DNA from: an uncultured virus (IMG/VR IMGVR_UViG_3300032278_000001)
Lineage: Duplodnaviria > Heunggongvirae > Uroviricota > Caudoviricetes
DNA: 64,000 bases
IMG/VR virus record: IMGVR_UViG_3300032278_000001
Reading direction: 5' to 3' (one strand)
Part shown: positions 1-7,052 of the stretch, piece by piece
How the letters are laid out: every line of letters starts with the position of its first letter
How positions within the stretch are numbered: position 1 is the first letter of the stretch
The notes under the pieces: model-generated
The model's input: only the letters and a program-made list of their open reading frames with translations
The model's database searches: none
What the model was told of the DNA's origin: nothing
Program-made: the position numbers and the translations under genes

Positions 1-182
1 CAGCCTCTTTGGGGAGAAGTGTTTGTGTACCGGGATGTCTTCCGGTCTGAAGATAAGATGTCAATATATTGATCTAATGAGGTACTTCTCCGGGAGTTTT
101 TGTTTATAAAAACATTTTATCCTTTCATACCTCTCAATCTTAATCAAGACTGACTGATGGAAAGACATCACCCTTTGGGGTT
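1..182 (+). ncRNA. Candidate structured non-coding RNA (possibly truncated at window start)
   Basis: More GC-rich than the flanking DNA with several pairings: GGAGAAGT(13-20)/ACTTCTCC(84-91), ACCGGGA(29-35)/TTCCGGT(40-46), palindrome TCAATATATTGA(61-72), TGATG-GAAAGA-CATCA(155-170); CTTTGGGG at 7-14 and 173-180. No ORF in the track. Confidence 0.3.
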
Positions 183-221
183 ATCTAGAATTATATATAT
201 AAAATTAGAATTAGGAATGTT

Positions 222-380
222 ATGAAAGAAATAAAATTGACTTTTAGTGAATGGGTTAAAAAACAATTAACTCAAAAACAGGTGGAAGAGAGATTAAAAA
301 AACTTAATAAAAAAAAAGGATCTGACTTTGATGCAGATATGGATGCACAGGATCCTAAATGGGGAAAATATAAAATTTAG
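222..380 (+). CDS. Hypothetical protein, 52 aa (MKEIKLTFSEWVKKQL...KWGKYKI)
   Basis: Translated by hand (below track cutoff); ATG at 222, TAG at 378-380, next ORF starts 5 nt later. Confidence 0.6.
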   Translation: MKEIKLTFSEWVKKQLTQKQVEERLKKLNKKKGSDFDADMDAQDPKWGKYKI

Positions 381-385
381 TTATT

Positions 386-589
386 ATGGAAAAAGAATTA
401 GAAGAATTATTACATATAGGTTGGTGGTTTAGTTTATCACCAAAAGGAAAACAATGGACATCTAGAATTTATAGAAAAAATAATAAAACTAAAAAATGGG
501 TAACTATAGAATCTAAAACCCATAGAGATGTAGAAAAAGCTATGACTTGGGTATCAAATAAACTAGCACCTAAATTAATACCAGAATAA
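386..589 (+). CDS. Hypothetical protein, 67 aa
   Basis: ORF track; tightly packed between neighbouring plus-strand ORFs. Confidence 0.7.
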   Translation: MEKELEELLHIGWWFSLSPKGKQWTSRIYRKNNKTKKWVTIESKTHRDVEKAMTWVSNKLAPKLIPE

Positions 590-670
590 ATGACAGCATT
601 CAATCTGGTATTAATATTTTTTGCTTTATTATTTTTTTATGCTAAAAGTACAGAAGATAAAAATAATTAA
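590..670 (+). CDS. Putative small membrane peptide, 26 aa (MTAFNLVLIFFALLFFYAKSTEDKNN)
   Basis: ATG directly after the previous stop; one hydrophobic stretch; stop overlaps the convergent gene's stop. Confidence 0.45.
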   Translation: MTAFNLVLIFFALLFFYAKSTEDKNN

Positions 671-921
671 GCTTTTTTTCTTTTACTACCTTTTAGTCTT
701 GATTTTTCTCTAATACCTCTATTCTTAGAACGGGACAATACTGTTGTTCTACTAGAGTTAATACCCTTAGAGTGATGTATATCTTTATTATCTCCTTTTC
801 TTACCTTACCAACTTTAAGAGCAGCCCTACGGGCCTTATTTCTTTTAGCTCTATTTTTCTTTGAGGTAGTAGAAGATTGAAACTTTTTGTATTCTTTTTT
901 ATAGTTTCTTTTAGCCGCCAT
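667..921 (-). CDS. Highly basic protein, HNH-like (degenerate)
   Basis: RNYKKEY...RAKRNKARR...KGDNKDIHH...SKNR resembles small HNH-like phage proteins; probable ATG at 921 rather than the track start at 939. Confidence 0.6.
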   Translation of the reverse strand: MAAKRNYKKEYKKFQSSTTSKKNRAKRNKARRAALKVGKVRKGDNKDIHHSKGINSSRTTVLSRSKNRGIREKSRLKGSKRKKA

Positions 922-1075
922 GACAGATGCAAACTCCAAAATTTAATACCATCAATTCATACTCATTACCAAAATCTAACATTAATTTTAGAACTGTAAT
1001 TCTACCAAGTCTAACTTCAATATCAATCTTAGTACTTTTTTTGTTTCCTTTTGCCCAACTGTTTATAAAATTCAT
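911..1075 (-). CDS. Hypothetical protein, 54 aa (MNFINSWAKGNKKSTKIDIEVRLGRITVLKL...)
   Basis: Translated by hand; fills the gap between the 1086 and 921 genes; stop overlaps the next start. Confidence 0.65.
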   Translation of the reverse strand: MNFINSWAKGNKKSTKIDIEVRLGRITVLKLMLDFGNEYELMVLNFGVCICHGG

Positions 1076-1085
1076 AATTTTTTTT

Positions 1086-1502
1086 TTAAAGTTTATAGGA
1101 TAGACCTAAATTAAAAATACCTTCTCTTTCACCATTCTCATCTTCTTTTATACCTACCATATAGTTTGGTTCAATATTAAGACCTTTCCATATATTATAA
1201 GAATAACCAATACCAATTGTTAAATTATCTGTTATATCTTTCATTGAAGACTCTGCTTTAATATATACATTTTCATTTATAGAATATGTACCCCAAAGAT
1301 TTAATGAATCTTCTGCAACTTTAACTACACCAACTACATATTTATCATTTAAAGTATATCCTACTCCTATCTTATCAGTTAAACTAGTAGTTTCCCAATC
1401 TGCACCGTCTTCTGGCGCTACATATGTTGTTATTACTACAAATTGTGCAGAAGCTACTAAAGTTGATAAAGCTATTACTGCTGTTAAAAATAATTTTTTC
1501 AT
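1086..1502 (-). CDS. Outer-membrane beta-barrel protein with signal peptide
   Basis: Sec signal MKKLFLTAVIALSTLVASA-Q; amphipathic strands (IGVGYTL, IGIGYSY, NIEPNY); C-terminal beta-signal-like FNLGLSYKL. Confidence 0.8.
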   Translation of the reverse strand: MKKLFLTAVIALSTLVASAQFVVITTYVAPEDGADWETTSLTDKIGVGYTLNDKYVVGVVKVAEDSLNLWGTYSINENVYIKAESSMKDITDNLTIGIGYSYNIWKGLNIEPNYMVGIKEDENGEREGIFNLGLSYKL

Positions 1503-1527
1503 TTTTTTTGTTTTTTAATTATTAAAT

Positions 1528-1947
1528 TTATTTTATTGTATCTGTATTACTATTATTGTTCTTTACTTTTTCTAGTGATCTACCACCAAAATAAGCACCT
1601 ATTACTGTTATTAATACTATTTGTAATAGATTTGTCCATTTTTCTTCAACTACAAAATCTATTGTCCCAGCATCAATAAAAATCATTAACACTGTGCTTA
1701 CTACTAAAAATATTAAAGTCATTGGTCTAACATTTTTACTCAACCATGAATCTGAAGCCATATCAGATTTCCATCTATCAGTTACTGTCTTCTCCATTTC
1801 TACTTCATAATTGGAGATTAATTCTTTTACTTTTAACTCTGCAGCTAGCTTCTCTTCTTTAGATGTATGTAATTCATCTATAACATCTCCTACTCCCTTT
1901 ACTAACTCTGTAGCCCCGCTACTAAATATGTTTGTTAATATACTCAT
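1528..1947 (-). CDS. Holin, 3TM (GTA-type) family
   Basis: RWKSDMASDSWLSKNVRP, two hydrophobic helices and GAYFGGRSLEK, characteristic of the family. Confidence 0.85.
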   Translation of the reverse strand: MSILTNIFSSGATELVKGVGDVIDELHTSKEEKLAAELKVKELISNYEVEMEKTVTDRWKSDMASDSWLSKNVRPMTLIFLVVSTVLMIFIDAGTIDFVVEEKWTNLLQIVLITVIGAYFGGRSLEKVKNNNSNTDTIK

Positions 1948-1964
1948 AATTTTATATTTTTATT

Positions 1965-3278
1965 TTATATTTGTGCATGCATATAAAAAGTTAACTGTTC
2001 TATTTCAGTATCAGTTAACTCTCCTTTATATACTATAATTTCGTGTATTCCTCCTAACATACCAAGTTGTCCACCATTTTTAGCACCTATTTCATCTAAC
2101 TCATGAAAATCATAACCATCAGGGAATGTAAACCCATCAGTTTGTTTTTCTCCATTAATCCATAGAGCAGCATCATTAGTAGTAGGATTCATATTAATGA
2201 TAAATACATATGGAGTACCTTGCGCAAGAACTGCTGGATTATTAATAGTAACTCCTTTAGTACTTGAAGTTGCTAGTGTTGGATTATATAATTTCAAATG
2301 AACTGCTGTTTCTGAATCAAATTTAATTAAATTATTATTAGAATCTTTATCACCAATTATTACTTCAGTATTGTTCCAATCTTCCATATATGTTGTTACT
2401 GCAATACACCATCCCAGATCTGTTTCTGTATCTAAATTTATTGTATCTGCAGTCTGCATAAAATCAGCTCCATCAAATGTAACCCATCCATTATTTAAAC
2501 CATTCCAAGATGGATAAGTATCATCACCAAGTCCTAGTGCCCCAAATTCAAGCGCTGGATTAGGCCATCTGTGATCTTTCCATTTAGAAATATATGGGCC
2601 ACCAAAAGCAATTAAAACATCATCTTCACTAGCATGTAACCATAATGTCATACCCTCAATAGCTCCTGGACCAAATTCACAACCTGAATCTGTACACTCT
2701 GCAATAGTAGAATAATCTCCACTTCCATCTCCAGGATCAAGACATATATAAGTTGATGATCCAGTAGAACTACATTGACAAGGATTAGCATTTATTGCTA
2801 TGTATGTTGATTCATCCATACATACAAGAAGTTCAGCACTAACTTGTGCAAAATCCATACCTAAAGTTACTGATGTACAACCATCTGCAATTACCCAATT
2901 AATCAAATCATTCCAAGATTGATTAGGGGGGCCACTAAAGTTTGGAGAGTATGCTGCTCCATCTCTATAAATAATGACTGCATTGAAAAAATAATAAGGT
3001 TCTCCATTAGGGTCTAAACAGGGAGTTTTACTAGTGCCCTGACCAGTGAATGCAAACTTCCAACTCCTTATAGGGGTTGACGGTTGATTTGCTATATACC
3101 AATCCCGGAAAGCACCAAAGCTAGTTTGGCCGCTATCAGTCATACTAGAACAAGTATTTGTTCCTGAATTTATAACACAATCATAACTAACAGCTATACC
3201 ACTTCCTTCACATTGGCCTATGATATTATCAATCTTATTCCCTACTCTTTTACAATTATTTATATTTGTTCTTTTCAT
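1965..3278 (-). CDS. Putative virion protein: Cys-rich N-terminal domain plus LamG/concanavalin-like C-terminal domain
   Basis: LWLHAS...ISKWKD...VTFDGADFM...LWING...IHEIIVYKGELTDTEIEQL pattern typical of LamG-like beta-sandwich domains. Confidence 0.7.
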   Translation of the reverse strand: MKRTNINNCKRVGNKIDNIIGQCEGSGIAVSYDCVINSGTNTCSSMTDSGQTSFGAFRDWYIANQPSTPIRSWKFAFTGQGTSKTPCLDPNGEPYYFFNAVIIYRDGAAYSPNFSGPPNQSWNDLINWVIADGCTSVTLGMDFAQVSAELLVCMDESTYIAINANPCQCSSTGSSTYICLDPGDGSGDYSTIAECTDSGCEFGPGAIEGMTLWLHASEDDVLIAFGGPYISKWKDHRWPNPALEFGALGLGDDTYPSWNGLNNGWVTFDGADFMQTADTINLDTETDLGWCIAVTTYMEDWNNTEVIIGDKDSNNNLIKFDSETAVHLKLYNPTLATSSTKGVTINNPAVLAQGTPYVFIINMNPTTNDAALWINGEKQTDGFTFPDGYDFHELDEIGAKNGGQLGMLGGIHEIIVYKGELTDTEIEQLTFYMHAQI

Positions 3279-3766
3279 CTAATATATTTCTTTCTATTCT
3301 TAATATATATTGTTCCTGTTGATACTTCAAATAATTCTCTACCTAATAAATCATACATTTTACCATCATTAATTTTATCAACTATTAATTCTTTAATTCC
3401 TACTGGTTGCGCTGACATTAGTTCCCATTGATATGAATTTGGATTATATACTAATGAATCACAATCCATACAAATATAAGTTGCTCCCATAAAACATATG
3501 TAAGCATCATAACATACTTTAACTGTATCAGTTGATAATATATTTACAAATGATGCTGTATCACCTGATCCTGAATAGCATAATGTTGAATTACATGCTT
3601 GCCAACTCCATGTTATAGAATCTACCATATTAGATAATGATGAATTCCCAATTACAGTTAATGTTTGTTGTGGTAATGTTGTGTATGATACTGAATCACA
3701 CCAGTTTACTTGTGCTTGTGTTTGTAAACCAAAGATTACTAATAATATAAATAATAATTTCTTCAT
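3275..3766 (-). CDS. Secreted protein with signal peptide and T9SS-type C-terminal sorting-like domain
   Basis: MKKLLFILLVIFGLQTQA-Q signal; C-terminus GIKEL...KMYDLLGRE...GTIYIKNRKKYIR; start 3766 overlaps the ferredoxin stop (ATGA). Confidence 0.7.
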   Translation of the reverse strand: MKKLLFILLVIFGLQTQAQVNWCDSVSYTTLPQQTLTVIGNSSLSNMVDSITWSWQACNSTLCYSGSGDTASFVNILSTDTVKVCYDAYICFMGATYICMDCDSLVYNPNSYQWELMSAQPVGIKELIVDKINDGKMYDLLGRELFEVSTGTIYIKNRKKYIR

Positions 3767-4071
3767 CCTTCCCACGTTTGACTAAAAAATTCATAATTCT
3801 TTTTAACTGATTCATCATTACCTTCATGATCTATACATGTATCTTCATCTTCATATATTGCATCAGGAGGACAAGCGGGAACACACGCATCACATTCAAT
3901 GCATTCATCTGGATTGATATAAAGCTGTAAACCTTCTATACTATCTAATGTAGCTACCTCAGCACCTGCACCATCAATATCTATTGGTCCATGTATGCAA
4001 TCTACTGGACAAGCATCTACACATGCTGTGTCACATGTACTTATACATTTTGTTCCTATAATAAAACTCAT
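3763..4071 (-). CDS. Ferredoxin (FdxA-like dicluster Fe-S protein)
   Basis: CISTCDTACVDACPVDCIH and LYINPDECIECDACVPACP cluster-binding motifs. Confidence 0.9.
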   Translation of the reverse strand: MSFIIGTKCISTCDTACVDACPVDCIHGPIDIDGAGAEVATLDSIEGLQLYINPDECIECDACVPACPPDAIYEDEDTCIDHEGNDESVKKNYEFFSQTWEG

Positions 4072-4235
4072 TTTTTCTTTTTTCTTTTTTTAGCCATCTT
4101 TTTAAAAGTCTTAGCAAGAGTTTTAGCTTTTCCAGTGCAACCTTTTTTAGTTATAGGCGTACACTTCCCTTTAGTACCTCTCTTCTTAATGGATTTATTT
4201 ACTTTTTGTATCCAATTTTTCTTCTTAGTTGCCAT
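4068..4235 (-). CDS. Small Lys-rich protein, 55 aa (MATKKKNWIQKVNKSIKKRGTKGKCTPITKKGCTGKAKTLAKTFKKMAKKRKKKK)
   Basis: Translated by hand; ATGA overlap with the ferredoxin start and overlap with the upstream stop. Confidence 0.75.
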   Translation of the reverse strand: MATKKKNWIQKVNKSIKKRGTKGKCTPITKKGCTGKAKTLAKTFKKMAKKRKKKK

Positions 4236-4629
4236 CTATTAAGAGATCATTTATTAATTCTTGTACATCTTCTCGTTTAACTCCTATTTTAAATCTTAAA
4301 CAAGCTTGATATCTTTCAACTTCTTCTTCCCTAAAAATTATTATTGTAGGTACATTCTGTATCTTATATTTCTTTTGGACTTTTGCTAGCATTTGTTTAT
4401 CTGTTACGAGTATTCTTGTTACTCCACAGTTTTCTAAACTATCTAACCAGGGAACACTATTATCTTTATTCCAATAAGCATTAAACTCTACAACACAAAT
4501 TTCTTGTTTACAGAATTTTGTTTGCCCAAGAGCATTCCCAGACATTAATAGTAGTAGAAATAATACTAGTAAATAACTAGCAAATAATTTCCAAACAGGA
4601 TTTCTAAGTTCTTTAATTAAATGCTCCAT
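4225..4629 (-). CDS. Thioredoxin-fold protein lacking CxxC, with N-terminal signal/TM segment
   Basis: VVEFNAYWN in place of VDFxAxWCxxC; YKIQNVPTIIIFREEEVER matches the thioredoxin cis-Pro region. Confidence 0.7.
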   Translation of the reverse strand: MEHLIKELRNPVWKLFASYLLVLFLLLLMSGNALGQTKFCKQEICVVEFNAYWNKDNSVPWLDSLENCGVTRILVTDKQMLAKVQKKYKIQNVPTIIIFREEEVERYQACLRFKIGVKREDVQELINDLLIDGN

Positions 4630-5011
4630 ATTCTAATGTTGTATCAACGTCACTAGCAAAAACTTTTATATCATTTTGACCAGTATTCTCTTCAGGACAC
4701 TCTGCTGTCCAAGGAAAAAATGCAGCTTGACCAGGAGTTAAAGTTATTTGATGATCTGTAGCATTAATACTAGAAAGTTTAAACTTTAGAGTATTTGTAG
4801 TATCTTTATTCTTTAGATATATATATGTTCCCAGTGGATAATCACAAGCACCAAATATTGATACTGCAGTTGATTCTAATACTGCATCAATTTCTGTTAC
4901 TAAAATCCCTCCTTCAGTAACTGTAAGATCTTTTTTAATTGTTGTAATTAAATCTACTACAGATGTTACTTTTTCTGAGCCTAATACAAGAGTTGTTTTT
5001 AAAGTTGCCAT
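4613..5011 (-). CDS. Hypothetical beta-rich protein, paralog of 5033-5440
   Basis: Shares YIYLKN / TLxxGxxAFFPW / LEYGxF pattern with its neighbour. Confidence 0.75.
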   Translation of the reverse strand: MATLKTTLVLGSEKVTSVVDLITTIKKDLTVTEGGILVTEIDAVLESTAVSIFGACDYPLGTYIYLKNKDTTNTLKFKLSSINATDHQITLTPGQAAFFPWTAECPEENTGQNDIKVFASDVDTTLEYGAFN

Positions 5012-5032
5012 ATTATATTTTCATTTTTTTAA

Positions 5033-5440
5033 TTAAGCTGGTTTACCAAATACACCATATTCAAATATATTTCCAGAAGTTCCTGCAGTTACATTTATAT
5101 CATCACCAGATTGTCCAGCAGACCATGGAAAAAGCGCCCAATCTCCTGCTGCTAATGTCATAATATCTTGACCTCCAATCTCTATTGTTATATTTCCTGT
5201 TGCTTCTGTGTCAGTACCTGGATTATATACATATATAATAGCACCTTCTTCAAAATGAGTTTCTTCAGCAATTTCTTCTGCAGATCCAGTTCCAGTAACT
5301 CTATATGCCATTCTTCTAAGTATGCCTCCCATAGTTATAGGAGCTACATCTATATATGTTACAAGAGATAACGCATCTGTTGTTAAATCAGTTGATTCTA
5401 ATGTTATACTTACATTTACTGCTGTTTCTGCTACTGCCAT
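5033..5440 (-). CDS. Hypothetical beta-rich protein, paralog of 4613-5011
   Basis: IYVYN / TLAAGDWALFPW / FEYGVF. Confidence 0.75.
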   Translation of the reverse strand: MAVAETAVNVSITLESTDLTTDALSLVTYIDVAPITMGGILRRMAYRVTGTGSAEEIAEETHFEEGAIIYVYNPGTDTEATGNITIEIGGQDIMTLAAGDWALFPWSAGQSGDDINVTAGTSGNIFEYGVFGKPA

Positions 5441-5452
5441 AGTTTTATATTT

Positions 5453-5728
5453 TTATCTTAATTGATCTATTTTATCTTCCATACGTTTTAAATCTTCTTT
5501 AATTTCCTTAACATCTTCCAAAGTATTCATAATAGTTTGACGTATTAATTCATCTTTCATATCAAATTCTATCCTAGTTATACTTGGTTTTGGTAACTCT
5601 TTAGCATCAGCTATATCACCCTGAAGTATAAACCACATACTAATAACTGTAGCCATAGCAGCACCAATAGCAATAAGTGTTTTAAAACTTATTTTAATTC
5701 CTGTAGGTTCATTAAAGAATTTTACCAT
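5453..5728 (-). CDS. Single-TM membrane protein with coiled-coil tail
   Basis: TLIAIGAAMATVISMWFIL TM; C-terminal heptads. Confidence 0.7.
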   Translation of the reverse strand: MVKFFNEPTGIKISFKTLIAIGAAMATVISMWFILQGDIADAKELPKPSITRIEFDMKDELIRQTIMNTLEDVKEIKEDLKRMEDKIDQLR

Positions 5729-6267
5729 TATCCAAAAATATTTTTTATTGCATCATTACAATGATCAACAAATGATTTACCGTCATTATCTACTGCTTTA
5801 GTATCTATATTAATGTCCACATCTCCTTTAAGGCCAATTAAAGCTGCTACCTTTCCTTTAACCCCTACACTTAGTACACCATCCTTCATAGTAGCATGAC
5901 AGCTTCCTGTAGCTCCTATTTGATCTCCTACACTTACATTACTTGATACATCAACTTTAGTTCTACCATACTTAACACCACCACTTGCTCCTGCTGTTAC
6001 TCCGTCACCTGCTATAGCTCCACCACCAACACTTACTCCATCTTTTAAAGATGCATGCCCACCTGCTTTAGTTTCTTCATAAACACCTACATGTTCATTA
6101 GCATTATCAGTAACTCCATCATAACCACCTTGTTCAGTTGCACCAACATTAGCTTGAGCACTTTGACCTACTTCATCTTTATTAAGTTCTCCTTTTACTT
6201 GTCCTGACGCATCAACATCAAGTCCTGGAACTATTTCTTTTTTTGATTCTGTTTTATCTTCTGACAT
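5728..6267 (-). CDS. Gly/Val/Ala-rich beta-strand-repeat protein
   Basis: ATG at 6267 just after the upstream stop; repeated GVxVG/AxAG strands. Confidence 0.7.
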   Translation of the reverse strand: MSEDKTESKKEIVPGLDVDASGQVKGELNKDEVGQSAQANVGATEQGGYDGVTDNANEHVGVYEETKAGGHASLKDGVSVGGGAIAGDGVTAGASGGVKYGRTKVDVSSNVSVGDQIGATGSCHATMKDGVLSVGVKGKVAALIGLKGDVDINIDTKAVDNDGKSFVDHCNDAIKNIFG

Positions 6268-6268
6268 A

Positions 6269-6577
6269 TTACCAAAATAAAATTTTAACAATCCATGCTG
6301 TTACCGCTGCATATAATCCCCATAATGCTTTTGTTACCGTACCCTTCCATCTTTGTAGTTCTTTAAACTCACTTATTATTTTATTATATCCTGGCATAGA
6401 TTCATCATGAGATTTCCTAAATGCTGTATTCTTATTCACTCTAGATACTACTCCATCATCCGGATCTAATAACTTTAAAGTTAAGTTATCAATCTTTTGA
6501 TTAATTTCTTTTACCTCTTGACTAAGACTCTCAATATCTTTCTTCATAAGTGCTATTTCTTGTTTAGTAGTAGACAT
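6269..6577 (-). CDS. Coiled-coil protein with C-terminal TM helix (possibly lysis-related)
   Basis: N-terminal heptads; ALWGLYAAVTAWIVKILFW TM. Confidence 0.65.
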   Translation of the reverse strand: MSTTKQEIALMKKDIESLSQEVKEINQKIDNLTLKLLDPDDGVVSRVNKNTAFRKSHDESMPGYNKIISEFKELQRWKGTVTKALWGLYAAVTAWIVKILFW

Positions 6578-6580
6578 CTC

Positions 6581-6856
6581 TTAATATGTTCCTGCAACAA
6601 TAGCATCTGCTGCATCAACAGTAAACATTCCTGAATCATATCTATTTATTACACTTTCTTCAGTAGGTGCATCCCAAGTTACAGTTACACCTACAGGAAC
6701 AGCTACAGTATTAGGACCAACTGTTACTGAACATGATCCTGTATTATTATACACAGAAAAAGATCTAAATTTTTGAAGATATTTAACAGCCTCTATAGCT
6801 CCTGATTCACCAAAAGCTCTTACAACATTATTTAATTTATTTTTTTTAACTAACAT
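6581..6856 (-). CDS. Hypothetical protein, 91 aa
   Basis: ORF track; first gene downstream of the 6903-6919 motif. Confidence 0.7.
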   Translation of the reverse strand: MLVKKNKLNNVVRAFGESGAIEAVKYLQKFRSFSVYNNTGSCSVTVGPNTVAVPVGVTVTWDAPTEESVINRYDSGMFTVDAADAIVAGTY

Positions 6857-6902
6857 AAGTGTTTATTTTTTTTAATTACTTTTGTGAACTCTCTAATATA
6901 CA

Positions 6903-6919
6903 TATATAATATACTAAAT
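6903..6919 (-). promoter_or_regulatory. Putative late promoter motif ATTTAGTATATTATATA
   Basis: 17 bp identical to 44523-44539; lies upstream of a minus-strand operon. Confidence 0.6.
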
Positions 6920-7052
6920 ATTTATCATAAAATAAAGTAAAAATTACATGAAAAATTATTTTTACAAATTTACTGCATTTCCCTTTTAAATAAGATTATC
7001 TTTTACTATCTTGTTTTTATTCCTATAACTCTATAATATAAAACTAACTAAT

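Noticed and set aside
21..90. Hammerhead ribozyme suggested by a hairpin followed by CTGAAGA
   Set aside because: No GAAA after the putative stem II and no correctly placed NUH cleavage triplet.
6990..7020. Plus-strand promoter for nrdJ (CTATCTTGT)
   Set aside because: Only a partial match to TAnnTTTG in very AT-rich DNA; too weak to call.
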